Positions 1 to 12,941 of a stretch of DNA of 64,000 bases are shown here, piece by piece. Positions within the stretch are counted from its first letter, which is position 1. Each line of letters starts with the position of its first letter. The stretch is from positions 218,426,001 through 218,490,000 of the forward strand of contig OZ024743.1 of assembly GCA_964016885.1 (NCBI GenBank). The letters run 5' to 3'. The notes under the pieces are model-generated. The model saw only the letters and a list, made by a program, of their open reading frames with translations, made no database searches and was not told where the DNA came from. This DNA is from Eledone cirrhosa. Its lineage: Eukaryota. The position numbers and the translations under genes were made by a program.

Positions 1-318
1 CATTTCATCATTGTGATGCACATGGATGATAGTCACTGGGTGAAGAGGTGCCAGGAGATCCCAGTGGAGGGAAGTTGTAGTAGAGGTAGACCAAAGAAGA
101 CCTGTGCAGAGGTGGTGAGAACTGATCGCAAATCCCTGAGACTCACTAAGGAGATGATGAAGGAATGTGGCAAATGGAGAGATGCTGTGCTGAGAATAAC
201 TCATCCAACATATGCTCTTATCTACAAGAGCAGAATTCCAAATAAAAACTGACTTGGATCATATCAACCTGTCCAACCCATGCCAAAAGGGAAAGCACAT
301 ATAAAAGGATGATGATAT
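1..318 (+). mobile_element. 3' fragment of an RTE-clade LINE
   Basis: ORF 13-252 ends HMDDSHWVKRCQEIPVEGSCSRGRPKKT, similar to the C-terminus of the RTE at 49832; followed by an RTE-type tail ending in (GAT)n. Confidence 0.8.
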
Positions 319-547
319 ATAAAGTAGGCTTAAGCACAACTTTCATCTACAAATTTCATTGATAAGAATTGTTTGACCCATGTCTATTGTAAAAGTGACT
401 TGCCCAATGGTCAATGCGGTACTATCTATCAAACCTGAAACCACATGGTTTCAAAGCAAACATCTTAACTATACAGCTTTAACTGTGCCAGTATATGTGT
501 GTGTATAAAAAAAAAAATTATTAATTTGCACCCAACATATTCTAAGA

Positions 548-806
548 AGTTCATCAGGCCAGTGTTTCTCCCGGTTTCCATGGCGTGAAGCGACTGAGAG
601 TACAACACTCCCCCTGGACAAGACGCCAGTCCATCACAGGATTAAACCCCCAGCTATTGCTGGAACTCATTTTCAGCTGAGTATACTGGAGCAACATGAA
701 ATGAAGTGTTTTGCTCATGAATACAACAATCCAGTCCAGGAATCAAACCCACAACATTGTCATCGTAAGTCTAACACCCTAACCACTATGCCACACACTT
801 CCACTA
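548..806 (-). mobile_element. tRNA-derived SINE (family A)
   Basis: Minus strand has A-box TGGCATAGTGG and B-box GGTTTGATTCC, then body 'gagcaaaacacttcatttcatgttgctccagtatactcagctg' shared with 4976 and 53688. Confidence 0.75.
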
Positions 807-1488
807 CCCAACATATTCCTTAGTTTTAAATATGTCAAAAAAGACCAATAAATATTTGTTTCTGTAGTAATTTAGGTGGTACAGGGTTAATATGTTACTG
901 GAACTTATTTTGATGACAACCAGGTGAATAAAATGAAGGAATAATTTTGGCAAAATTTCAACTGGGAACTGACGAAGACAAAACTAAATACTTTAATGCA
1001 TTTAGTCTTGCACACTTTATTATTTTGACACAATCTTCACCTCTTTTGTAGCAAGTTGAAATATTGGTGCCACTTTTATTTTTCAGCTGAGAGTTTATCA
1101 TTTGGAAACAGTATTCAGCTGTTAGTTAACACTGCATACCTTGTTCCAATATTTATGTAAAAATAAAATACACAGAAATAACTATAAAAATTTTATATCT
1201 CTATTGATTGCAGTAAACAAAGAAAACTATGTGGTCTTTATATAACTTATTGTTTATGATTTATTTAGCTTCTAGCTACTCTTTGATTAGTTTCAGTAAT
1301 TTGACAGTGGCCATATTGGAGCAGAACCTTGCTTTCAAAAGAGTTGTTCCGATGATATCAATACAAGAAAGGAGAGGAGAAAGGATGAGATAACAGCAAG
1401 ACAGAAACATGTGGATTGTTGTCATATTTCAAGAAATATACAATACCCTGCCAACATGGGAACAAAAATACTAAAATAATAATAATAA

Positions 1489-1528
<40 letters not shown>

Positions 1529-2436
1529 GAGGAGGGCGACCGTGTTATTTTGCTAAATATTAAAGGTGTGACCACTAAGATGAGAATCAATCTTTACATT
1601 AGAAACTATATGCACAAGAACAATGAAGTAAAAAATGTTAAGTGTCTTGACAATGAAGTAGTAGTTGATCTTAGTTAAAAGTTTCTGACCTTTCTGTGAA
1701 AAGAGCTCATACTTAGTTCTTGTTTCTCATTAAATAAGATTTACCATTTATCTATTAACTATAACTTACACTTCTGTTGTGCATGATAAATCACATCATC
1801 ATTGTGCTGGGATGCAGTCCCACTATCTTTCATTAGATTTTGGAAGGATACCCAATGCTCATCCACTCATGTGGCAGTTCTTACATGAGGAATTTGCTGG
1901 AAGGCAACCCGGAGTGTCACAGATAATTCTTGGCAAGTTTCAACAGCTATTTTACTACTAACTTGTTAGTCAACTAGGGAGAGTTACCATAAAGTTGCTA
2001 ATTTGCCACTTTCTGTATCCTTCATATTCTGGCACACACAGCAATAATGAAACTCACCAATCTTTGCTGTTGTGTGTGTCATGTTTTGGGGAGAGTTGTT
2101 TTATAGTTCAATGTCCTACTTATCACCAAATACTTTACAGTATGGACTTGATGCATACTCCCACCACACTAGCGTGTCTGAATGTTACTGACTTGTGGGT
2201 TTATGTCGAACACATGCTGTCACTTGCAGGATGGATTTGGCTATCAGCTGACTCCATACTCCAGCCACACTAGAGTTGCCCATGACACTGCTAAAGAATC
2301 CTCTTTACTCCATATTGGTTTCTATTCAAAGTTACTGATCTCCTAGATAGGTTGCTTTTATAATTACTTGCAAAGTTCACATCTCCTTTCCTCCTTTTTT
2401 TTTATTTTCTGGCACAAATAGCTATCTTATAATATA

Positions 2437-3395
2437 CTAGCAGTGGTACCCGGCGTTGCACGGGATAAGGTATTTTGGAACGTGGGCCGCCAATCGACCT
2501 AATCATGGAAAAACTGCATGCCTGGACAATATGTAAAGAAAATAAACCGAATACTCTGATGGCTGGATAATCTTTAATATTTTCCTCGATGAAGCAGGAA
2601 GAATGCAGGTTTTCACCTAATGCGGGCCCTAGGGGATCAAGAAAATGAATTTATGTGTATAATATGCCTTGAAATTTCGGGAAAATCGGCTAGACATAAC
2701 GCCTCCAAGAAGCCCTAAGAAGCTGAAAAAATGAGGTTTTTCACTTAATGCGGGCCCTAGGCCTGAAGAAAGTTGAATTTTCTTTGCTTACGGCATGAAG
2801 AAGAGACTGACTAATACATAGTTACAATTTCAAGGAAATCAGTCTGACGTAATGCCTCAAAAAAACCCCTAAAAATGTTTAAAAAACGCAGTTTTTCACC
2901 TAATGCGGGCCCTAGGAGATAAAAGAGTTGAATTTTTTTATGTGCATAACACTCCCTGAAACATAAGTGATACACATGTAAAGTTTGAAAAAAATCGGTT
3001 GGGTACTTCTCGAGTACAAACACACACACACACACATCCTCAGGGAAGTGACGTAATGCAGACAGCTAAACATACAGACAGATATTATAAGGGCGCGACG
3101 TTATAAGTAGGTATCTATCTAAAAAGAGAAAGACTAAGAATTATAGAGCGAGATCGCTAAATCGCCTAATGCGGTCCCTAGGGCATTGAAAATTTAAAAT
3201 ATTTTTTGCTCAGAACACTCCCTGAAAGATAAGTATTACATGTGTAAAATTTGAAAACAGTCGGTTTGGTGCTTCTCTACAATACTAAGCGGTAAAATAG
3301 TAACTTTTGTTCTCGTAAAGGCATGTAAGTAAACAAACTGAAGCTATTACAGACAGACATCCTCAGTTTTATATATACAGTTTTATATATATAGA
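2437..3395 (-). mobile_element. Non-autonomous Helitron (element A) with internal tandem repeats
   Basis: Minus strand 5' TCTATATATATAAAA at 3395; 3' hairpin CCCGTGCAACGCCGGG then CTAG|T at 2437; internal repeat 'ctaatgcgggccctag' at ~2618, 2745, 2900, 3166. Confidence 0.75.
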
Positions 3396-3928
3396 CTAGC
3401 AGAAAACCACCCAGTGGGCGGTTTTCTGCTACCAAATCTAGTGTATATACTGATATTGTTGAGATTTGGATGAGAAATGTTTTCGGCACCACATGTTCAC
3501 CGTCTCTCGGTGTGTCTTTTATGCATGTATAAATATATATGTTATCTATATGGTGAAATCTTTGAAATAAATATATGTTAAAACGAAAAAGGAGAAAAAG
3601 AGGTTAGTGACGGAAATATAAACGTTATGATATAACGATAAAAATATATCTTCAAATGGTCCTTGGCATGGTGTCAAGTCAGAACCGCCTCGAACTGGTT
3701 ACTTCTGGCTTGTGCAAGGTGTCTCTATAGCAACCAGCGATTCCCTCGGCCTCAGTGACCAAAGTCAGTGGAGAGGGGAAGGTAATGTTTCTATAGCGAC
3801 AGTGTTTCTCTTGGTAGTACCAAAGTGGAGAAAGGAAGGGGAAGGTAATATTTCTATAGCACCTACATTTGAGTTTTAGGGAAGGACAGACAGACAGACA
3901 GACAAACAGAGAAATGCCCATATATTTC

Positions 3929-3959
<31 letters not shown>

Positions 3960-3960
3960 T
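3396..3960 (-). mobile_element. Non-autonomous Helitron (element B), same 3' end family as the RepHel copy
   Basis: Terminal palindrome TAGCAGAAAACC..GGTTTTCTGCTA (3397-3431) ending CTAG; subterminal sequence matches 7239-7265 and 12875-12905; (GACA)n near the presumed 5' end. 5' boundary approximate. Confidence 0.65.
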
Positions 3961-4165
3961 ACACACACAGAAATGTATATATATTTCTGTGTGTGTATAT
4001 ATATATATATATATATTACACACACAGAAATGTATATATATTTCTTAGAACAAAATTATTATTAATGTTTTGCTGTTCATAACAATTGGAATTGAAAAAT
4101 TACTTTTGAAATTATTAGTTATTTTACTAATGCTTAGATATGTAAAAATGAAGCAATGTTTCTAA

Positions 4166-4357
4166 TAATTGTTTCTACTTTTGGCACAAGGCCAGCAATT
4201 ACCCAGTACATTACTGGTACTTTATTTTATTGACCCCGTGAGGATGAAAGGCAAAGTTAACCTCGGCGGTATTTGAACTCAGACCGTAAAAAGACGTAAC
4301 TCCATGCTATGAAGCATGGTGTCCGACTCTCTACAGATTCTGCCAATCCACCGCCCT
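4166..4357 (-). mobile_element. tRNA-derived SINE (family B), full length
   Basis: Head GGCGGTGGATTGGCAG, B-box GAGTTCAAAT, core 'ttgcctttcatcct..ggggtc.ataaaataaagtaccag', tail 'ggccttgtgccaaaagtagaaacaatt'. Confidence 0.85.
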
Positions 4358-4361
4358 AATG

Positions 4362-4640
4362 TCTGTACGTAATGAGGGAGTGAGAGGGGAGAGAAAGAAA
4401 GGCAGAGGTGAAGTGACGAAGTGACTCTCTCCTCCTCCTCCTCCATCTCCCCATTCATCACAGCGATAGAGGGAAGGAATGTTAGTGTGTTACAAAGAGA
4501 AAGAGTGAGAGTGAGAGAAACAGACAGACTAAAAGAGAGGGATAGCTGGAGAGAGAGAGAGAGATAGCAACCACACGCGCACGTGTTTCCACTGTCGGAC
4601 AGACAGACAGAGAAATTGCTGGTTATATATTATAAGGAGA
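4362..4640 (-). mobile_element. 5' part of a non-autonomous Helitron
   Basis: Minus strand A|TCTCCTTATAATATATAACC followed by (CTGT)n, a layout typical of non-autonomous Helitron 5' ends. Confidence 0.45.
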
Positions 4641-4975
4641 TAATTGAACATTAGAGGGAGAAAAAATATGAGGGTGTTAAAGTAGCTGTTCCACTCTGGC
4701 AATGAAGATTTCTTGCAGTAGTCTATGAAACTATCCAAATTTCATGAATCAATCAGTTGTCTAATTCTATATTGTGAAAGATTACTTTTTATGTCCGAAA
4801 ATTAGGGGAAAATCCAAACCTCATTTATAAACTGAGGTGGCTAATCAACACATTGTTTAGATGGGATATAAACCAACCTTTCATTTTACCATTGATTTTG
4901 TAGTCATGTATTCCTTGGCTTATATTCAAGTATATAATTCAGTAACTTTATTACTTATTTATATTTAATTTACTG

Positions 4976-5232
4976 TTGTTTCCTTGAGCAAGACACTTTA
5001 TTTCACATTGCTCCAGTTTACTCAGCTGTAGAAATGAGATGATAGGGCTGGGGTCCCTATCATTCCACGGTAAAGTGGACATGTAGGCGCCACAGAAAAA
5101 AAGCACCCAGCACTCACTGTAAATGAGGTTGGTGTTAGGAAGGGCATCCAGCTGTAGAATTCAAGCCAGAATCAGTTCCCGTCCCACCCTTGCAAGCAGG
5201 GAAAAGGGGACGTAAAAGAATGATGATGATGA
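4976..5232 (+). mobile_element. SINE family A body with RTE-derived 3' tail
   Basis: 'ttgagcaagacactttatttcacattgctccag' body, then 'ttaggaagggcatccagctgtagaa...(GAT)n' matching the RTE 3' UTR (49600-49630, minus strand). Confidence 0.75.
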
Positions 5233-5461
5233 TCTCTTTCCCACTTCCTCTCTCTCATTTTCTATCCTTCTCTGAAAGAATCAGCTGTATTCAGACCTAG
5301 GGAAGAGATAGGCTCCGCAAAGCTTAAAATGACCATGAAATGCTGTATGCCACTATGATGGCCATATGTCTCCCTCAGGAGTTACAGGACCATCACTCCA
5401 TTCAATATAATTTCTAGTGTGTAATTTCTGTTTGACCATCACCTTTGGAACAGTAAAATTA

Positions 5462-5705
5462 TTCTCTTTTTCTTCGCCCACTTATTCCTGAAGAGGGTCA
5501 TGGGAGCAGAGTCCTCAAACATTCCCTCCAGCGGGTCCTGTCAGTAGCATGGCCAGCCAAGCTCATAGCTGCTATCCAACCATCTTGCTCGGAGTTTACC
5601 CCTAGGTCTCCTGCCGGTTGGTTTTGTCTGTAAAATCCATCCAGCGATTCTTTCCTGAGACATTCAAACCACATGACCATAGTATCAGAGCTGTGATCTC
5701 TCAAT
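5462..5705 (-). mobile_element. LINE 3' fragment (second RTE-like family)
   Basis: ORF ends ATDRTRWRECLRTLLP; close homologous copy at 25612-25800. Confidence 0.55.
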
Positions 5706-5734
5706 TCGGAGAAGTAGCGCCTCTACACATACAC

Positions 5735-5912
5735 TGTAAAGTGGATGTGTAGGCGCCACAGAAAAAAAAAAGCACCCAGCACTCACTGTAAATGAGGTTG
5801 GGGTTAGGAAGGGCATCCAGCTGTAGAAATCAAGCCAGAATCAGTTCCCGTCCCACCCTTGCAAGCAGGGAAAAGCGGACGTAAAATGATGATGATGATG
5901 ATGATGATGATG
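5735..5912 (+). mobile_element. RTE-tailed SINE 3' fragment
   Basis: Nearly identical to 5069-5232; ends in (GAT)n. Confidence 0.75.
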
Positions 5913-7200
5913 TTTTGTTTAAGATGGTTCAGTTAATTGATAATAGTTGAAACCTGTCACTCATAATATCATGTCATCATATTCTTGTAGAAACTAAACA
6001 GTACTGAAGCAGACCCACTGATCTCCCAGGCAAGGAGCCATGTCTCACTTATGTATGGTCTCACTTTCTACTGAGTGCACAGGAGAGGTTATCATGCCTT
6101 TAACACAATTGATACTCCTCCCAACCCTTTGTTTAGCAAGGTATCTATGGCTGGATGCCCTTCCTATCACCAATCACTTTACAGCATGTACTGGATGCAT
6201 TTATTGTGTAGATCATAAACACATTTCACAGTAGCATATCCAGTGGGTTCAAGTAGTATTAAAAAATATTTTTTACATTTTCCAGATTTAGTCCAGAATC
6301 AATGAAATGTGGTCTACTTTTATTGTCATCAGTCTTAGCAAGACTTGAGAGAAAAATAAGCTTAATTGAGATATTCTTGTTACATTCAAAGAAAAAAATA
6401 TTTCTATAAATCAGATAAGTTACTTATTTAATTAACTTCCTTATTTCCAGGAGGACATATCTGTTATAAAGCACATTTGTATGTTTGTCCCATAGTCTCT
6501 TAATCATGACATATTATTAGTTCAATCAATTCTGCAAATTTGTATTCTTGTCTGGATTTTTGGCTGAAACTGTCTTATAATCAATATGTATTATAAGGCT
6601 TGTTGGTTTTGTAAATTTATATATTTGCATGAATTATTGCTATAAGTATTTTGATTATTTTCTTTTGACAAGCAACATTTTATGCAAGGAGCATATATTT
6701 TTCTAATTAATTTTATGATTTAGTCAAGGGAAGAAGACTAAGACTCCTGGTCTTTGCAGGGTTTTCAAGACTGAGGGAGGAGAAAAGAGGAAAGAAACCA
6801 TGATTCAGGGTTGCTGCAGTTGGAAACAGGATATCAAAATATACAGCTATCCTCAGACTGTAAATCTAATCCAAATGCTTATAATAGAGACAACTTTGGT
6901 ACAAACACCCAAAAAGTCAGATGGGATTGAACTTCTTAACTACGCAGCCAAAACTGCATCCACTACTGATATCAATTTGCTTTCCATTTTTTGGCAAGGT
7001 TTTTCTGACTGGATGCCCTTCCTATCACGAATCACTTTACAGCATCGACAGGGTGCATTATTCGTACCACTAGCACTAGAGAGGTTGTCTTACTGGACTC
7101 AAGAGTCCTCTCCGTCCTTTATCAGTTCTTATTTGGAGTGTCTACTCTCCTAGATGTGTTGCCTTCACTATGGCTTATGGAGCACATGTTATTATAATCA

Positions 7201-10200
7201 CTAGCAGAAGAACAGCCCTACGAAGGTTTTCTGCTAGCATATATAGTGTGTATATTGATATACGCAAATATATATAGATATAATACATAAATTAACAATA
7301 TGCACATAAACTGAACAAAGACTGTGTTACACTTACTTCTGTAATCAGTAAAGTAATCCATGATACATTTTAAAAAAGGCAATAATGGAGATGGAAAAGT
7401 GATGAAACTGTTGACGGAAAATGTTCATGAATCTTCACTTGAGAATGTCGATGGGAAGCTTCAAACAGTGAATTTGAAAATAGATGCTGCTGGTATGAAT
7501 GAATGAATTACATTTACCAATATGAAGAGTTGACCTTCGCTATATTGTTGTTTTACTGTATTCACATATAGACTTCTTAAGTTTTTGTAGTGTCCCTTTT
7601 CTAGCAGTTAAAAAGTAACTGAAATGCATTTCAACTTAAAGAGAATGATAGCTGTTTCACATCACTGTAGAATTTCTTTGTAGACACAGTTGTCAGCAAA
7701 CAGACATTTAATATTTTTATATTTTCTTTTTTTGTAACTCGTGATAATGCAACATAGATCTGACCATGTGAGAAGAATTGTGTGGGTAGATATACACCTA
7801 TCTTTTCAAATGTCTGCCCTTGTGCCTTGTTGCATGTAAGGGCAAAGGCTGATTTGACAGGAAATTGCTTGCGAGTAAAGGTGAAAGGGAACTCAAGCTC
7901 TTGAGATACATGTGATATCCTTGGGATTAGCAACCTTGTTCCAGCATTGGGACCCAATGTCACTTCAGCTACAATTACATGATTATGTAAACTGATGATG
8001 ATGTAGTGTGTACCATTGCAATGCCCGTTTAGAGGATCCAGATTTCTCAGAAGCATGATGCAACTGCCTTTCTTCAGTTTAAGTATGTGTGTTGGGAAGC
8101 CTGATGGGATAAGTTTGTTGATGAACTCAATTGGATATTGCAATTCATTATGTACTGTATCAGAGCTTCTGTAGATTATTTCATGACCAGGGAACTTGTT
8201 GACCATGAACTCATTCACCATCATTTGCTGCATCATTTGTTGGAGTGATAATGGCTCTATTTGCAAGCCATAGTGGGTTTGTGTAGTTTCCTGGAAGATT
8301 TGTATACACAAAATCACACAGTCCAGACACATTACCATATTCCAGACAAAGTTCAATTGGTGGAAGAATTGTGAATGCACCTACAGTTGGAACAGTTGGA
8401 ATGTTACCATTTCCCACATCAAGAAGGTAGTTTGCAACCTGTCTTTCATCAGAATCCTCTGCATTAATTAACTGTTGATTGGTTGTCATCTCCACGGTTT
8501 CCACATAGTCCCAGAGATAGGATCTCTTGATGGCTGCCTCAACTATTTGTGGTCTTAACACCATGACGTACAACTGGAAGAATGTGCTTCCAGTCACCAG
8601 ATAGTAATACTGTTAGACCACCAAATGGCTTTTTGCAATCTCAAACATATTTGAAGTTCCTGTCAAGGCATTCAAAGATATGCTTATGTCCCATACCTAT
8701 CTCATCAATGATTAGCAGGTCAGCTTGCTGCATAAGTTTACCTGTGTCATCCCTCTTTGTGAAGAAGCAAGTTGATTCAGCAGTCACATTGAGAGGAATC
8801 TTGCACTTGGAATGAAGAGTTCTACCTTTGTGAAGCTAAGTGGCTGCTATACCAGATATGGCAGTGGCACGTGCAATTTCTTTTTTAGATCGGAGGTTTA
8901 TGACATAGGTCTTTCCTGTACCTGCATTTGCATTCAAGCAGAAAATTCTGCCTTCATTTTCATTTACAGAGGTGATTACTTTGTGAAAAATAACCAGTTG
9001 CTCAGGATTCAATGTTGGCAGAAGTTCATTTATGTTTGCTTGCAGTTGGTGTGTATTGAAATCAGTTTCTGCCATAAGAACCCTGTTGATTTCTGGTATA
9101 GAAACAATAGTTGGGTCTGACCGAGGAAGTCAATAGTTGGCATGAATGTCCAAGCCATCATGTTGAAGTCTTTGTTCGATCTTCTGTAGAACAATCTGCA
9201 CGGTTTGCATGGACATGACTTGTTCATGACGTTCATGCATGATATCCTCTGCAAGACAATTCTTCCATTTCTCCCAGAACTGCAGAGGGTCATTTGGCAT
9301 GCTGTACAATAAAATGGTGCAGAAGATCTATCGCAGCTGAGGACCAAGCGTAATGGATGAGACCTCTTCCATAGCTTTTTCTCCATCTTCATCTAACAGA
9401 CCAAGTTTCTTGCATGCTTCTTGCAATGTTGGAAATTCAACTCCTTCAATTGTCCTCAAATCTTTGTATGAAGTTGACCTAGCCTTGTGATGTAGGATCA
9501 TTCTGAGGTAATATAATTCAGATTGATGTCTACTGAGAGATACTGTTGGAATGCGTCCAAGGGATTCACTCCTAAATTGTTGATCACCATCCAGATTTAC
9601 CTTTTTTCTTCTTTGTCACTTTTTGTTTGTCCAAGTGAAATATTTAGGAATATCAATATACAATATGTTTTGTGCCAGTGGGTCTCTAATATTCAGTTGA
9701 AAATATTCCGTCAACTTAGTCATTGGCTGTCCCCTAGAAACAATATTTTCTTCCTGCCCTCGCTCATACATGACCATTTGTTCCCCAGGTAAATGGCAAG
9801 GCAACTTTTCAACTGGCGATTTTCGATGATGTAATGGAAATTTATAGATTCTCCAGAATGCTTCACTGGCTGAGATGTACCGTGCATTGATATAGGTCTC
9901 AATCTCATTTTGGGCATGGACACAATTTTCTTGATCATCCTTAATAGTGAAAGTGATCTTGTCTGATCCTTTTGTGATGTACTTATATAAGTACTTAACA
10001 GCCTTGACACTGTCAACAACCCATAATTGATGTGGCACTGATATCTCAATGAGAGGAAAGGGTTGCATGGAACAATCCAACGATTATCAACAGTATATTC
10101 TTGACCTTTAAGTTGGATTGTATGGATGTGATCACCATGCTGTCTATCCCTTCTTCTATACTCTGGAAAGGAATTTTCGGCAACAAATGTGATTTGTCTG

Positions 10201-10735
10201 AATGCCTTGGGATAACTTTTTCCATACATGAGCACATCATATTAGCTTGTCCACATGGGCCATGAATGTTACAGGATGTGATGATCTTATGCAGAATTGG
10301 ATTGATCTCTTTATCAAGAATCTCACAGTACACTACCTGATCAATGGCATCAGCAGTTTTGGGCTTGCTATCTTCAGCCATTATCAGCAGAATATGAGCA
10401 TGAGTGAGGCTTCGTTTTCTGCCACTCTATTGTAGCAGAATGAGCTACAACTTTTCCTAGGACATTTTTTTTCAGTATGTCATCCATGAGGCTGTCATAC
10501 TTGATCTTGAAGACTCTTGCACAAATATCAGGACGGTCTCTAGGTTCTTCACCAGGGTGCAAACTATTTTTTATTTCATCCCAGTTAGGGTTAGTTGTTA
10601 CAGTGAAGAAATAAGATGGCTTTCCGATGTGTTGAACCACAGTCACCGAATTCTGAAAGCACTCACTGTAGAAGCGAGGGGAACCATAGATTGAAGGAGG
10701 AAGAACAATTCTCTGGCCTGCACTTGTTTCAGACG
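7201..10735 (-). mobile_element. Decayed autonomous Helitron, 5'-truncated
   Basis: 3' CTAG|T with hairpin at 7201-7238; contains the RepHel pseudogene; interrupted near 10735 by SINE-like sequence. Confidence 0.92.
7631..10735 (-). pseudogene. Helitron RepHel (HUH Rep + Pif1-like SF1 helicase), multiply frameshifted
   Basis: Across frames: LPPSIYGSPR, FFTVTTNPNW, IEWQK..HAHIL (HUH), HGPCG, FPEYRRR, DNRWIVPCNP, KYLYKYITKG (YxxK), Walker A AGTGKT, SGIAAT, QFPVKSAFALTCNKAQGQT, FSHGQIYVALSRV. Confidence 0.95.
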
Positions 10736-10869
10736 TTAGACTGTGCCCATGCTGGGGTACCATGATTAAAGGATTTTCTTGACCTCAATTCCAGTACATA
10801 TGTTTTAAAATCTAGTACTTATTTTATTGATCTCTTCTATTCTCTTTGAAACGTGTGTGTGTGTTTATG

Positions 10870-11145
10870 TGTTCATATGCATGATGGTACCCTATTGCTT
10901 GTGACGAGGATTCTTCCACCTAGGTTTCTCAATTGGAACTGCCTGAATTTAAGGTGAGAGTGTCTGAGCATTTCATAGACACATACAGTGGATCGTTTCA
11001 GGGTGGGACTACATGGGTTCTTCGACTTACTGGCAGAGTACACTTTTTTTTACTTCAGTGGAGAGAAGAAAGGCGAAATTAGGTGTCTTGCTCAAGAACC
11101 CAACGCACTGATGGGATTCGAACTCTCAACATTACAATCACGAGA
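10870..11145 (-). mobile_element. tRNA-derived SINE
   Basis: B-box GAGTTCGAATCCC and 'ttcttgagcaagacacctaa' on the minus strand. Confidence 0.6.
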
Positions 11146-11507
11146 CACACACAGAGATACAGTAACACAATATGCACACACACACATAAGCAAACAGATA
11201 CACACACATATACATATATATACACATAAACACTTATGCACACACACACATATACACACACATAAACACACCACACATACATATATATATATATCCCCCA
11301 TCTAAACCCATGCTAACGTGGAAGATAGACGTTAAACGATGATGATGGTGATAATGATACGTGTGTGAATGAATCTATGTACTTATGCAATGGTAAAAAG
11401 AATATACACCTGTGGATTGAATCATTGGTACTGTAGTAAATTATTCTTTCCTTATTTCCACATCTTCACATACATACACACAGCCACATATACAGATAAC
11501 CACACTA

Positions 11508-11558
11508 TCGTCTATCTTTCTATCTACGTATAGATCTATCGATCTATCTGCCAACCTA

Positions 11559-11595
<37 letters not shown>

Positions 11596-12941
11596 AGTAT
11601 ACCTACTCGAGAGAGTGCGCCCGTTAGATGTATAATTGCATTTCAAGAATTACGAATAATTTGCAAGTTACTTCATCAGGCGAGGATTAATAATAGCTTC
11701 ACTAACCTTGGAAGACGATTTGTGTGGGGTATGTATGTCTATATATATATATATATTCGCGCATGCGCAGTACAGACCGGCCTTCGCACATGTGCATTTC
11801 AGACCAACCTTCGCGCATGCGCTCTTCAGACCAGCCTTTGACCATGCGCAGTACTGACCAGCCTTCGCACATGCGCAGTACGGTCCAGCCTTCGTGCATG
11901 TGCAGTAAGGACCATCCTTTGCGCATGTGCACTTCGGACCAGCCTTCACGCATGCGCAGTACAGACCAGCCTTCACACATGCGCAGTACGGACCAGCCTT
12001 CATGCATGCACAGTACGGACCAGCCTTCACGCATGCGCAGTATGGACCAGCCTTCACGCATGCGCAGTATGGTCCAACCTTCGCGCATGCACAGTATGGA
12101 CCAGCCTTCGCGCATGCACAGTACGGTCCAGCCTTCGCGCATGTGCAGTATGGACCAGCCTTCGTGCATGTGCAGTACTGACCAGCCTTTGCATATGCGC
12201 ACTTCCGACCAGCATTCGCACAGGCGCAGTACGGACCAGCCATCGTGCATGCACAGTATGAACCACCCTTTGCGCATGTATAGTACGGATCATCCTTCGC
12301 ACATGCGCAGTACGGACCAGTCTTCGCGCATGCATAGTATGGACCAGACGTCACGCATGCGCAGTACAAACCAGCCTTTGTGCATGCGCAGTATGGGCCA
12401 CCCTTCGCGCATGCTTTCTTCGGACCAACCTTCGGCATGCACAGTACTGACCAGCCTTCGTGCATGCGCACTTCTAACCAGCCTTCGTGCATGCCCACTT
12501 CGGTCCAGCCTTCGCGCATGTGTACTTCTGGCAAGCCTTCGCGCATGCACACTTCGGACCAGACTTGGCGCATGCGCACTTCGGACCAGACTTCGTCTAT
12601 ATATATGTCTACGTATGAATAGATATATTTGTGTGTGTGTGTGTCTGTTAGATGTATTATTGCATTTCATGAATTACAAAGAATTTGCAAGTTACTTCAC
12701 CTGGGGAGGATTAATAATAGCTTCACTAACTTCGGAAGGCGATTTGTGTGTGGTGTGGTATGCATGTGTGTGTGTATATATATATAAATATATATATATG
12801 TGTTTGTCTGCATCAGACATAATGTATATGCTATTACATTTATATAATTTATATTGTCAATTTCGGTTTTACTTGCATATAATATCAATATACACACTAC
12901 ACAAGCTAGCAGAAAACCACCGAGGGTGGTTTTTCTGCTAA
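11508..12941 (+). mobile_element. Non-autonomous Helitron (element C) carrying a 27-bp minisatellite
   Basis: 3' palindrome TAGCAGAAAACCAC..GTGGTTTTTCTGCTA ending CTAA|T (CTRR) at 12941; subterminal 'atatcaatatacacacta' shared with the RepHel copy. 5' end approximate (TCTATC-rich). Confidence 0.65.
11757..12595. repeat. 27-bp tandem minisatellite, ~31 copies, consensus GACCAGCCTTCGCGCATGCGCAGTACG
   Basis: 27-bp period read directly (e.g. 12018 and 12045) and reflected in 9-aa repeats in overlapping ORFs; flanked by ~120-bp direct repeats at ~11622-11740 and ~12646-12770. Confidence 0.95.

Noticed and set aside
1780-2310. Possible very decayed Gypsy integrase on the minus strand
   Set aside because: Only a vague motif resemblance with many stops; not supportable without a search.
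11668-12941. Cys-rich metallothionein/keratin-like ORFs, or a CRISPR-like array
   Set aside because: The 27-bp unit is a multiple of 3 and open in several frames on both strands; units are contiguous with no unique spacers, and the context is eukaryotic with no cas genes.
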